From NCBI RefSeq assembly GCF_036321535.1, contig NC_087437.1:37202001-37266000 (forward strand): DNA of 64,000 bases, written 5' to 3'. The notes under the pieces were generated by a model. It was not told the DNA's origin. It worked only from the letters and a program-made list of their open reading frames with translations, and ran no database searches. The stretch comes from Camelus dromedarius. Taxonomy: Eukaryota. Made by a program: the position numbers and the translations under genes. Of the stretch, positions 27,201 through 40,620 are shown one piece after another. Position 1 is the first letter of the stretch, and each line of letters starts with the position of its first letter.

Positions 27201-29224
27201 CAGTCTTTTTAGAACACTGCAAATCATACTGCTTAGAGAACTACCTGTTCCTTGTATATATTTCTGATTAGTGGGGGGAAAAAGTATATTGCCAGTTTAT
27301 ATTTGTTTATTAAATTCCCCATTTTTTCCCAGTTATTATTTTGTTTCTGTAATTTTGTTTTTTGTTAGTTGGTTTGATTTTGGTTGTTGTATTTTTAGAT
27401 TTACTTTTCAGTATCTTACTATGGAAGCTTATGTACCGTAATAGTGATGATTTTCAACTGAATTCAACTGATTTTCAACTGATCCCTAAATTACATAGAA
27501 CATATGTTAAGGAGTTTTACTCTAGTGTTTGTACTACTTCCAAAATGAGTTCAACACCTAATTTAGCCATAAACATGAGTACGCACTACAAAATGATACC
27601 TTTTTTCTTTTATTTTGATGCAAGAATAATATTATGATTCACTATTAGTGTGAACAGCTTCTTTGGAATAATTTTTTTTTCAGGGAGCAATAAATTGTTT
27701 AATGCCCAAAATGACATATTAATTATCCTAGTTTTGTGCACAAGACTTGTATCTGCATCCAAAGTTCAAGGGATAGAAGAGCAGATGTTAATACCTATTT
27801 AATAATATATTTGAATGTTTGCATAGAGCATATTAGTTTTGGTGCTATTTTAACATATGTCCATGATGTCAAATATGTACAATCTTTGGAAAAGTGCTTT
27901 CAGGCATAAGATAAATTCTGGTGTAGAAAAAATTTGATAAAATAGTACTCTTAATCTCCACCACTATAATTAATAAATCCCTTTATAAAATTTAAAAATA
28001 CAGGTACACATTAATTTATAGTTATAAAATGGTAGCAAATATAATTATAAAGTGAATCTTGTAGAAAAAAATCAATTTTATTGAATCATCTCATCACATT
28101 TTGCATACATTGATTGTTATTTTAATGCTTCACCAGAATACTTTTTTTTAATGTAGAAACTTAGTAGATAACATTTACTTGTTCTAATTGACAGACCAAG
28201 GAAACAAAATTTAAGCACTGTTTTAATTCTAAGAAATGGATAGAAATTTATATCAAATCCCTCTAGTATTTTCAATCTCTTACTTTCTCTCAAACAACAT
28301 TCAAGCCATCTAAAACTCTTATGAAAGTTATCGGAGCAAAACCTACTGAGAATTATTCCTATTCATCTTTAATTTCAATGGAATGTGGACAACTTAAGCT
28401 TTCTACATGTTTTGGATTGGTTAGCCCCCAACTTTTTCCATAATCCAAACCACTTGATGTAGAGAAAACAACATATTAAAATAAAAATCTCCTCAATGAG
28501 TCAAAGTTTTGATTTAAATCTTGATATGCTGAGGATTGTTGGGTTTCATTTTATTTTGATATTGCTTGTAAGCTATTTTGTCAGCAAATGGATGAGGCAT
28601 CTATTTTCACACTGGTATTCTGCTCCAATGTGGGTGTTTCTAGTCTGCCTTAAAGCACTATTATTCAAACAGGTAACCATCCCAGTCACTGATTGCCTGA
28701 GTTGTCAATTAAAGTTTACCTGAAATATCCCATAAAATTGAAACTGTTATTTGTAAGGAAATACTACCTTTAAGATTTTTAACTTGAAGACAAATGCTGC
28801 TATACATCATGATTGTTCATACTTCATGCACATGAATACTAATTTAAAATATTTTAATTAAAAAAAACATTTGGTATTACAAAGTTGCATGAAGTTCAGA
28901 TTTCTAATTATGAATATGACTAATGCCTGTTCCATTAACCTTACGTCAAAAAGTGTAATGAGACATAAATTTGAGTGAAGAGGTTGTTACAATGTGGAGA
29001 TAACATGTGGAGGGACAAGATGCTATAGGACTCCATGAGACATCACCTTTCCCACATGTTGGAGGTCACTGTAGATTGCCTGAGGGAAATTACATTCAGT
29101 GGTAAGGTTTGAAGGATGACAGGAGTCAGGTAAGTGGGTATATTTGGGAGGGAAAGGTTTTTGTGGATGGGGAGTATAGTAGGGAATTGTAAGTTTATCA
29201 TTTCTCCTGTAGGAAACATGGAGC

Positions 29225-30168
29225 CTAAAGGCAAAAAGTGGAGCTAGGAATGACAACTCTCACCATTACACTAAATGACTTAGTAGGGAAATGTTTACTT
29301 CCTGTCTTCCAGCTTTTAACCTCTACTGGTTTAGAGGTCTTAGTGCACAACAGCAGAAATTATTTACTGGGAGACACAATGATGATTCCATGGATCTTAA
29401 AATTAAGACTAGACCTGACCATCTGGGGCTCTTCCAGAACCAATAGGTAAACAAAGACAATGCTGAGAGAATTGATCCAGAGTTTCAAGAAACCCTTATA
29501 CAATGGTGACATGGATGAGTATGTCTGGGATCCTCCAAAGTGGCTCCAACTACCATATTTCCTGAGGAAAATTAGTATTATACTATTATGATTCAATACT
29601 AGGACTTCCAGGTTTTGAATTATTCAGGAATAAATCACTGGTTTATTTCATTTGAGGAATCTCAAACAACTGAGGTTTTACCAAAATCAAAGGACACATG
29701 AATTGTGCAGTAAAAGAAAGAAATCAGAAGTCCTAACTACACCCTTGTGGCTTACTGCAGAAACAAGGATTTTACTAGCTATTCGTAACATATTCTTCCA
29801 TCTGTCATCTATCTTTCTCCTCTCTATCTATACCTATCTTATACAGGTTCTTATTTCCTTTTCTTTTTAATACTTTAAGTAGTTTTTGGTGGTAGATAAC
29901 TTTTTAATTTATATCCTGGTTTACAGTATATAAAAGTGGGAATAATTGATTTAATTACAAAAGAGATGAAATCACCCAGAAATGGGTTTGGTGACAGTTG
30001 GACTGTTGGTTTGCCTCTTGTCGGGTAGAGGGTTCTTCTTCATGTTTATAGGGCATAGCTGCATTATGTTGAGTGGTAACATATTCCTGTTGCTAATGTT
30101 GTTGCTTGGAAGTTTAAACATGGATAGAAGGTGTGTGGGACTATGCAGTGCCAGATGGGCAGGGTGGT
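29225..30168 (+). mobile_element. ERVL internal 3' remnant including a decayed dUTPase
   Basis: ORF 29238 ...TLTITLNDLVGKCLLPV...GLEVLV...GDTMMIPWILKLRL resembles ERVL PLTITPSDPL-KFLLPV...GLEVLV...GDTTMIPLNWKLRL; ends in PPT-like GATGGGCAGGGTGG. Confidence 0.8.
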
Positions 30169-30635
30169 GTGTAACACTCAGCATCAGTTCCCCTCTAGTG
30201 AACTGCACATACTGCAAAGTATGAAAAGCTAAAAACCGTATTTCCCAGAGTTCCTTACACCTAGATGAATATACTTTATCTTCATTAACTAGATATAGTT
30301 GTGTGAGATATTGTACACGAAAGCCACATTTTCTGATACTTCTGCAGCCTCTGTTGATAAACTTGATCTTAGAAGTGCTTGCATTTCTAGAGTAAACTTT
30401 TTGATTTTGGATTATTTGCTGATCTGATTGCTTCATGACTGTAGAAGAAACTTGTAGTTCCCTTGGTAACCAACTCCTATAGTATAGCTTTTGAAACCAT
30501 CACTAAAAGCTTAGTCTGCCATCATCCTTCAACTTCCAAATTCACTCTATAAGCAATTTAATATCTGTTAATAGATCCCTTGTGCTTGAACTAGTCGGAG
30601 TGAATTCCATTTTTTGCAGCTGAACAGTGATCAAC
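30169..30635 (+). mobile_element. ERVL-class 3' LTR (LTR40/LTR67/LTR33-like)
   Basis: Starts TGT directly after the PPT; contains AAAAACCGTATTTCCCAGAG and terminal ATCCCTTGTGCTTGAACTAG...GAGTG...GCAGCTGAAC. Confidence 0.65.
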
Positions 30636-32652
30636 TCAATGAAGAAAACACTTTATTTTATGTATTTTATATTTTTCTATTTTTGAAAAGGGGAAACTTC
30701 TGAGTCTGTTGTGAATAAGAACTTTTTATAGTCAACACCACTAGGGGGATACCAGAAGGAAGAGATGAATGAGACAGACCTCTAATTTGGTACTTAGCTG
30801 TTTGTAGTCTTGGGTAGTTGGGAATTGTCTCCACCTCCACTGTACTCAAGTCCTTCTGATATGCAGATAATCGCTTACCGATAAATTGATTAATAATAGT
30901 AAGAGAAGTTTTTCACAGGAAAAGAAAGAAACAACCTCTTTTTCCCTTCTTCCTTACTAAAGCCACATTACAAATGAATCTGTTCTTTTCTAAACTATAA
31001 AGGGAGAATCAGGGATCTCTATTCCGTAGTTTTTCAGGGAAGGCAAACAATTTGGGTGACTTCGTCTTCTTGAAAAGGATCACAGTATCTGAGTTTTATC
31101 TAGAGTTTCCATGTATTTCAAATAGAAAATCAAAAGGGATGAACAAATCTTGGACAGAATAGAGACGGAGCAGAAAGTGATGAAGGTATCACATTTTCTT
31201 TCATTCTTTTAGTGTGTGAATTGGCTTAATACTTACATCTTTAGGTAGTAAAAAGATCCTAAATTTTCATAGCCATAATTTTTTATCTCTAAGTCTACTA
31301 TAATTCCTTGTAAGGACCCAAGGAGAATGCTGTGCTAACACATTCCTGCTCTAACACTCCTTTCCTGTCCCCGTTGAGATGTTCCTCAGATTTCCCAAGG
31401 CCAATCTCTATATGGGCCTCTAGGATAGGGGTCAGATAACATATATAGAAACCTATTACAATAGAAAAAATGTACATAATGGAAGTCATAAAAAAATATA
31501 AGTAAAAGATTTTGTTTTAGGGGCAACAGATCTAAAGTATAGCTGATGGGAGTAATAACAGATTGAACTCAGTTAAGCTTTTCACTGCGTGTCACTTAAG
31601 AATAACAGCATTTGTTATAAGCCTAAGCTGTATAGCACTGAACCTAGGGAGTGGCTAATAGCCTTTTCTTCCATCACCTTATAAAAGGTTCTAAACCTTA
31701 AAAAATAATGATATTCTTTTAGAACATTCCGTTAAAGTGATTCTCCCACCTCACTCCCAGGAAATATTGAGGGATTCAATCATATTATCTTGTATGGACA
31801 AGCATTTATGACTGTAAAAGCTAAGCAGAAAAAAGTTTAAGTACTAAAAACTGCCAGCCTTGAACACTGCTTCCAAAAACGTGGCTCCAATTAACATCTT
31901 TGCCAAATTTGATTTATTTACAGTAATTCCAGCTAGTATTTGGAATGCTTATCCCCCAGAGTCTATTCAAAAGCTCCAAAAAGAAACTGTAAATTTAATT
32001 TGCCAAGGAAATTAATGGGTTAATTTAAAGGAGCAGAGAGACAAGAGGCTGCTAAGTGAGGTAGGAAGAAAAGCTGCTTCTTAGATTGTGGCTGGTCTCC
32101 TTATCTTGGTTTTCCTATAATTGCCTTGGGCTGGGCAGAGTTTTGCTTATTTATTTATTCATTCTTTTAGGATTTACCGGAGCTTCTGTCCTAAAGGGAT
32201 TTGAGGTAGCTTACAGAATTAAATACAATAGGAAACATGAAAACAGAAAAATTGAAAATCTGCTTTGAAACAGAAAAATTGAAAATCTGCTTGGATTTCT
32301 GGCCCTGTTCCCTCCCATTTCCACAGTTTCAGGTTTGTCCCTAACCCAGGTGTTAATCATTCATTAATTCAGCTCCTACTCAGAAGGAAATAAGAAAATC
32401 CTGGATTCTTGAAGGAATGATGTGCTCAGCCATCAGAGGCAGCCTTACTAAATTAACAGAAACTCCAAGAAGATATTCTTAGCATTACTTCCTGGAGAGT
32501 CAGTCACTTTTTAACTTAGCTTGAATTCCAGCATCTTGCCTTTATCTTGGCCATTTGTTTGCCTTGCTTTTATTGTCTAGCAATAAAATCCAGTTTTCTG
32601 CTATATGTGGGTCCTGCTTTAGGCTGGCATCCTAACCTTCACAGACTAATTT

Positions 32653-32886
32653 GAGCTTACCAGATGAGCAAATAAACTATAGAACACCAATTAAATTTGA
32701 ATTTCGGATAAGCGACAGTCATTTTTTTCTTAGAATCTCAATTGTAGTTACGCATGCTTGGCAAGATTGTTGCAAAAATACAGAGAGATGATGTATGTTG
32801 CATGAGACATTCCTATGCTAAAATAGTTGTCATTTATGTGAAACTCAAATTTAACTTGGCATCCTGTATTTGATCTGGGAATTCTA
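32653..32886. mobile_element. MER53 palindromic hAT MITE with a foreign central segment
   Basis: CCAGATGAGCAAATAAA...TTAAATTTGAATTTCGGATAA and mirrored TTTATGTGAAACTCAAATTTAAC...ATCCTGTATTTGATCTGG. Confidence 0.8.
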
Positions 32887-33219
32887 CCCTAACTTCTCAA
32901 AGATTTCCCCTGTGCTGTCACTACTTGCTTGTGTGTCACATGTTGACAGCTATTAGAGGTCAGGTTTTCCTAGCCTGTTGAAATGCACTTACCTAGTGTC
33001 CCCTTTCTGGTACTCACTTATTCATATAAGTTTATTACTTCCATTCTCTATGGATGGCTTCTTCTAGATAGCATGAGATATGTGTGCATATGAATTTTCT
33101 GTACTTGCCTGCTGCTTTGTGTGTGACTGGTATTTCCTTAAGACACCTAATTCCACAGACCTCTCCCATCTGGCCTATTACTCTCACTTCACTGACATTA
33201 TTCCTAGTTTTGTCTAGGG

Positions 33220-33575
33220 CAGTTCTATTAAAAGCAGCAAATAATTAGGCAGTATCTATTTGGTTCCAGGTCTCGTGTGAGATTCTGCAAATACAAAGAG
33301 GAATAAGACATGTGCCCGACTCAGTGGCCTTGGAGTCAGGCAGAGGAACAGATATTAAAAGTGATGATGAGATTAATAACTATCCTTTTTGGATATTTAC
33401 TACAGGCCAGAAACATTTTCTGTCTTAATTCGTGCAGCAACCCAGCCAAGCATCTGTATCATCTCTTTAAGAAAGAGAACCCTGAGATTCCGAGGGTAAC
33501 TGACTTTCCTAAATAAACACTTTCTTAACCTTCTCTCTGGCAACCTGGAAGGGGAATCTAGACCTCTGACTTCAG
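33220..33575 (-). mobile_element. Adjacent L2 3' fragment and MIR fragment
   Basis: GAGGAATAAGACATGTGCCC (L2-like) followed by GAGAACCCTGAGATTCCGAGGGTAACTGACTTTCCTAA (MIR antisense-like). Confidence 0.45.
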
Positions 33576-34304
33576 AGGGATCATGCATCACATTAGCCTA
33601 CTCTCAGCTGAATTCATTACTAACATACAGCATTTACCTTTTATGTCCAGCATACCTCCCCAGAGGAGGCAGGTTGTAACAGGTGAGCTGTTATATGGAG
33701 TTATTCCTTTGTCATTTTTCCTTTTCCTGTGACATTAATGACACAGGTTGGAAGGTTCACACTCATTAGGATTTCTAAATTTCTTCCTAACCTGGATAGT
33801 GTGAATTCAAGCAAACAATATCGGATAGCTATGCTCTTAAAAAAAAAAAAAGTCTATTTATATGGACGTGATGATCAGAGAAGAAAACACAAAAGCCATT
33901 TCTGTGCCTTCATCTTCCCCCAGGGCTAGGCCTGGATGACTCCTCAGTCACTGAGTGAGCCACAGGCTTCCTGGTCTGTCAGCTACAGAAGTAGTGACGC
34001 AAGAAAACTACCTCATCTTTCTCTGTCTTCAATACCCTATCTTCTGCTTTGTTTCCAAAGCTGTCTGTCTTAGGGATGATGTTCGGAAAGATGGATCATA
34101 TTCTAGTCATAATTTCTTGACATAATTAGAGAAATTGTATCTCAATGCCCAGCCCTCTTTCTGGCTGAAAATAGTTGTGGTAATAGAGGGATTCAATGGC
34201 ATTTGACTACCTACCTCTTACTAATGAACATTAATCTATGTATGTTTAGTGAATGTCAGGACATGCAGACAGAAATGTATTAAACCTGTTCCATTTCCTT
34301 CCTG

Positions 34305-34640
34305 CAGGTGGCTTCTCTGCTGACAGCTCAAGGCAGCTTCCTTAGCCCTGGACTTTACACGATGTTCAGCTCAGCTCAGCTCCTCACAGTTCTCTGAGCA
34401 ATAGTCCCTCAATTTCCCAATTCCGCTTTCCAGAGAGGATGTTGATTGTCTCAGGTCCCCACATGACATAGAATGCCAGCCTCTTGTGGATGGAAGGGGT
34501 GGAATTAGGTGCCCAACTTTGGTCTTAGGGACTGAGCTGAGAAAGCAGGGGCTTTGTACCGAAATGGCTGCTCAGCAGATGCTGAGGGTGGGAGGAGGGG
34601 CAGATTCACTGCGGTGGGGCAGAGGCATTCTAAAACATTT
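34305..34640. mobile_element. Old MaLR LTR fragment (MLT1J/K/L-like)
   Basis: GC-richer block with CCAGAGAGGATGTTGATTG and AGGTGCCCAACTTTGGTC motifs. Confidence 0.4.
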
Positions 34641-36999
34641 TTAGCATGAATGTGTTTCAAAATATGGAGGTACACTGGAAATTTTAGGCATCAGGTCTCC
34701 AAGCAATACAGATATTTTTCCTGAGCAACAAAAATTCCATACTGAAATTGTTGGTTCTAGAAAGTGCTCAGTGGATGCCTAGTTGGTGGTATCTTTAATC
34801 ATATCCCTTATGATCAGCTCTAAGAAGCTTGGGTATATTCCAGTTTCAGAAAATACTGGAAGAAGTTAATGGATCCAGACAATAGAGCCTGCGGAGAGGG
34901 GAGCTCTTCCTAAGTGACTTTTTACATGATCAAATAATTAGCCCAATTGGTATAGCCCATAAGATGGCTAATATTTCACTAGCACCACACTGCCCTTTTA
35001 TGCTTTTATTTAAAATATGCTATGTTTTCAATAAATAAACACAAAAGGCACAAATAGTAAAAATGAGTAGGTATCTTGAAACGACACATTCTATTTTATG
35101 TCTAGGCTTTTAACTCCAGCATCTGAAAATAAAGTAACATAGTATTCACATGTAATAAACATTGCTTTTTAAACAATTTTAAAATTATACTTTCTTCCTT
35201 CTCTTTCACACATTCATGTTGTTTGTTAATATAGTATCTCTCTAAGCAATACTTTCTTGACATAGAGACATTGTCAAAAGAGAAAAATGGGAAGTAATTG
35301 ATTCAATGACTACTGCCATTGATTACCATGAAACTGTAAGACACTCTCCTTTCAAAAATTAATCAAGGACAACTGTCCACAGTTGTGATGAGCCACAACT
35401 CAAGTGCTGGTAGAATACCTTCCCTATGCCCTGTTTGTTTCTTGAGACTGAAGATATTGAGGGAATGAAAAGAAGGAGAATGATGTAAGCACGAATTGTA
35501 GGTGTACACAGGTAATATACTCATCCATTAGTAACAAAATAAAATGATTCACTATAAATATTAAAAAGCCTTCTGAAACTGTGGAAAAGTCATGGCAATG
35601 AACAAAAACCTATAGGCTCAACCTCTGACTCCAAGAAGCAGGCATCACAGTGTAAGAATTTTAATGAAACTGAAAAGTACATCTTTTGGCTCTTGGTGTT
35701 TTACTTCTCCAGGCCACTGCTGCACAAGACCACCATCATCAGACTACCTCTGCGTTATCACTAAGCATCAGAAGCTTTCCAAGGACATTCTCATGCACAG
35801 GATAGTTGGGAGAAGCAAAACTATCAAGGTTACGTTAGGGCCCATCCAATTACTACATCTGCATTTCTGAGTAACTAGCTTGCCTAGGAGCCTGAAAGAA
35901 CAACTTTGCTGATTTGACACTAATAATGAATGCCTTCCAGAAATTAAAAAGTAAAAGGAAGTTGTACATGATCGATGGATCTCAAGTATGTCTAAAATAG
36001 TTTTAAGAAGTCTGGCTCTCAGCACTTTTAAAGTGATCGAATTGCAAAGAGAATGCAAAATTTCCAGGTTGGCCAGTTAGCTACACTAAGATTTTAAAGT
36101 TAATCAAAGCTTTAAAGTTAAGTTCTCCCTCCCTCCTTTTCTCTCCCTCCCTCCCTTCTTTTCTTTTAAGTGCATAAATAGTGCTGGGAAGAAAACTGCT
36201 CCAACTTAGTATCTTATTAATTTTATGTGCTGTCCTTTTCCTGGCAAGTTTGCCTCCAGTAACATCAGATGATTTACCAATGAGATTCACCAGTCTCAAA
36301 GGGCTTTTCAGCAAATAAATTTTTCATCAGTGTAAATTTTTAGTTGGTCATTTTGGAATTGGATGTGGACAGTCTTAAAGAACTGAGTCTATGTTAATGT
36401 GGAGGTGAGGGTTGGGAGCTTGGTTTGGGATGTGATCACAGGCAATTTATTGACAGTACATGCTCTAAGCCCAGGGCATGTTCTTTTAGAAAGATCCTTA
36501 AAGCAAGCAGTGAAGCATGGAAGAATCATACTATATCCTATTCAGAAGACAGTGTAGAAATCATTTAGTCCAATTCTTCACTCAAGACATGAATCCCTGT
36601 AAAAGATCATTGAATAGTAATAGCCACAACTCTGTTTGAATGTCTCCACTGAACTCTCTCAGATGGCCAAATTCTATTTTGACAGAAGAAAACAAAAATA
36701 AGTTAGTAACAAAATTCTCACATTTAAATTATGGTGTATAATCAATAAGATGTTTCTAAATATTTTAGGTGTAACAAAGGCTAGTAGTGTAGGCTATCTC
36801 CACTTTTAACTTATAAGAATTAACAAACACCTCATCAGCTTATCCTGATCACTTCTAGGATAACTTTGGGAAATAATATAGTTTTTGTTCCTTTTAATAA
36901 TACATTTCTTGTTAATATTATTTGTTTTGTGTGTGTTTCACAAGTTAAGGATACATTCTCAATGTATTTTCCTTATAGAAAGAAAGAATTTTAAAAGTC

Positions 37000-37197
37000 A
37001 GAATGATATAATGTTAAAGAGACTGCCTGCTTCTGTATCTTGGCTCGCATTTATTCATTTTATGACATTTGGCAAGTTACTTAATCTCTCTATACTTCAC
37101 CTATAAAGTGGAGAAAATATTACCAACCTGATAGCATTAATGTGAGAATTAATTCATGTATACTGATTAGAAAGGTGCCCAGGGTATATTAAACTCT
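37000..37197 (+). mobile_element. MIR SINE
   Basis: TGACATTTGGCAAGTTACTTAATCTCTCT...CTATAAAGTGGAGA...TGTGAGAATTAA. Confidence 0.8.
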
Positions 37198-37559
37198 TCC
37201 TAACCCAATTAGTATCTCCTCCTTTTAATTCTTCAAGCAACAAGGGCCACTCTAAGGTCAGCTGATCTCTTTATGACTACATGCTGATGTTTGATGATGA
37301 CAGTGATGATAAAGATTATGTTGATACCTTCTGACTTCTGTTTGGATAGAACCAGTATTTCTTCAAAGTATTTTCACAACTGATATTTAGACAAATCTTG
37401 AAAGAGAGAGGAAAAAGAAAAACTTTCCTTCTACTGATTTCAATGGATTTGAGGATGTAGAAAAAATGAATTGGGTTGAAACAGTTTAAAACAGCTGAAA
37501 TCCTTAAGCAACACTGCATTAGGTAAACAGAAGCATGAATCTGACTTACCCATATATTG

Positions 37560-39700
37560 AATGCCTGGATTGGTCAGGGAATACTTCTTGGAGGTAACAC
37601 ATGAAAAGAACCATGAAATGAAGTAAGAAGGTAGCCAAGTATAAAGGAAAATGGGGCATGAATAGGGTACGCAGAGTGAAAATCTATCACAAAATCAGAA
37701 CAAGGGGGAGGATGGAGCTCCCTGCAAAGTAAGAGAGCTTTATTAGAGTAGGTCTGCATTTGGAGAAGACACTGAAATTGGAAAGGAAAATGAATAGGCA
37801 TCAGGTCATAAAAGGTCTAGCACAATGTGGTCAAAATCTTGAATCTACCTTGAAAAGAATAGGTAGCTATTAAAGTAAGGAATTCCTCATCAGTTTTGCC
37901 ATTTATAAATATCACCATGAAAGAAGTCTAGGGCATGTAAGACTAGAGGCAGTGAGACCAATCAGGGGTAGCTACAGGAATGCAGATAATAAATGAAAGG
38001 GCCTGAATCACACTTGCTGGCCAGCTGAATGCAGAGAATAATAAAAGTCTTATATTCTGGAAATAATTTTAAATTGATTAACATTAGGATTTACAATACT
38101 TATAGATTTGATTAACTTACAGTATTTAAAAATAAACAGTAAGAAAACCACATTGGAAAAGTGTCCATCTATGGAGGCAGTAGCATCTCATCCTTGAGAG
38201 GGGTGCATGAAGGACTGGTGAGAATGAACAGTCTTGATGTCATCAGCTTCTCTTAATGCCCAGAACTGTGAATTCACAGACTGAACATCACAGAATGATT
38301 CCCTCTCACTATTGATTTGTGATTCTAATCATTAAACAAAGTTATTTGGTATTTTGTAATGCTATTTATAGGGAATTTAGATATTTCATGAGTATAATCC
38401 CTTTGGAGCACAATTTTCTTAGTAGAGAAGCCATTGTCATAACCTTTCTAGAGCCATGTGCAAAAGTCTGTAGATACACATGAGACTTTTCAGCAGGTTG
38501 TCTATTTTTGCTCTTGTCCTCTTACACATTTTTGATGTTTTCTTTTTTAAAAGCTGCATTTGCTATTTTATGGAAGGAAAAAATTGAAAAAAAAATATTA
38601 TAGGTCCAAATTTGTTGGCATTATCCTTGCTATTTGGTCAGATTGGCCAAAGAAGAAAATTTCAGAGACTAAATATTCTTTTTCTGGGACTGATAGAGGA
38701 AAATGCTAGAATATGAGAGAATTTTAAAGATAAATTACTAAATAGTGTTTTTTTTAGGCAAAAATGTGAAAAAGGAAGAGAAATACTTTTGATCTATAAT
38801 ATTCAAGTATCCTACAATCTATATTGAGAATTTAAATTTAGGGTTACAGTCACATGTCAAATTTTGTAGTAACTATTGGAGCACGTAGTATAAGACAATG
38901 GGTATCTACTACTATTGTGCCATGTTTTAAGTGTAATTTAAGAAAAAAAAAGATCATATAAAATGCTCGGGACATTGAGAGGAGGAAAACTTAACATTGG
39001 AATAGATGGCAATTGAACTATTCCCTAAAATATAACAAGCTTATGAAAATGTGAATATCTGGAAGGATTCTTCAGGGAGAAAGATGAGGTGTACTCAAAA
39101 TCTCACATCTGGGAAACATGTGGCATGTGGTGAGTGAAATTAGTCGGATCTGACCCGAGGAGAACGTGCACAGTGAGCAGAAGTGAGATTTAAGCTGGTT
39201 GGACTAGACTGTGAAGGGCCTTCAGAGTCAAGGATAGAAGTCTAGATTGTCTTCTCTGGCCATCACAGCACTGGGGATTTATGAGTGATGCAGTTGCTCT
39301 CCTGTTGTGTGGCAACAGAGTTGAAGAGAGGGAGAAATTCTCTAAGGTGAGTTAGGAAGCTGTAATGCAGACGTATGCTAACAAAAGCCTGATGTAATGA
39401 ATGAATGACAATGGAGTGATGCTGACAGACAGCAGAGCTGTTTCAGATGAAAACTGACATGGCAACTGAATCATAAGTGACAAAAGCAGTATATAAAGAT
39501 GACTCCAGGACACATGTCTAGATGTGACTGACGCAGGGCCTTCACACTGCAGTATCCCAGGGCACACCATTCACCCTGCGCAGTTAGATAACGTGGAGGG
39601 AAGAACAGATTTGAAAAAGAAGGTGATCACCATAGTAAGGATCATGGTATATTTACGTTTACACTTGGTTGAGTCCTTTATGGATGAACTATCTAAAATG
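37560..39700 (-). mobile_element. Dispersed L2 fragments (about 37560-38050 and 38950-39700)
   Basis: Purine-rich decayed sequence with AGACTAGAGGCAGTGAGACCAATCAGG and GTTAGGAAGCTGTAATGCAG L2-like motifs; the intervening DNA is unassigned. Confidence 0.5.
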
Positions 39701-40399
39701 CTCTACCAAATGTATGGCGATTTGCGCTCATTTTTAATTACCTATTAAATGAAATACTCATTCTGTGGACAGCAGTATTCAAATGGTTGAGCAAGAGATC
39801 AGAAAAAGTAAATGTGTGTATAGAAGAATTTCAAGCGAAAGGAACTCACAGCTGTGGAGACATTTCTGAACATGCCTCAGTGTCTGTGTGAGGGTCATTT
39901 GATCCAATGCATATGAGTACTTTATAAATTCTAAATTATAAAAATAGTACATTTGTTCAACAAGTATTTACTAAGTAGTATGATGGGTTAAATCTTGAGT
40001 TGGGTGATAAAATTTTTTTAATGAATAAGAAATGGTCCTTCATCTATCACATCCGTTTTTCCTACATTTAAAAAATTATTTTCGTATGTATGATATTTGC
40101 AATGTTAATAGAGGTTGAATGTTTATTTTCAATTTTTTTCATAGTCCTTCAAATGAGAGTGATATATATATATAGAATATTACAATTACATTTAGCAATA
40201 CTACTGACTATATATCATTTATATCATACATATGTTAAATTAATTTATAATAACATTGACTCACTGTTTAGTGACTCTCTTCAAACTATGGCAGTATTGA
40301 TTCTAATATTGTTTTATTTGATCAGAATACCAACACATCTATTATGTACTTTTAAAACTTTCTGTTAAAAAGATCACAACCAGACACAAAAAAGGTAAA

Positions 40400-40620
40400 C
40401 ATTTGAATGAAGACTGTCTGGATTTTTCTACCTTCTTGGTGTGTAGTCTTGAATAAATTACTTATCAATTTTAATTCTCAGTTCCCTTTTATGTAAAATG
40501 GAGATTAGCATACTTATCTCATAGGAGTGTCATAAAAATAACTGAGGTAATCAGTACATATAAGGCACTCAACCTACCATGAGACACATAACAACCAGTC
40601 TATACCTATTAGCTACACTT
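40400..40620 (+). mobile_element. MIR SINE
   Basis: CTTGAATAAATTACTT...CTCAGTTCCCTTTTATGTAAAATGGAGAT...ACTTATCTCATAGGAG. Confidence 0.8.

Noticed and set aside
29972..30436. Longest ORF (154 aa, - strand) as a novel gene
   Set aside because: Antisense across the ERVL internal/LTR junction, no recognisable domain; likely chance
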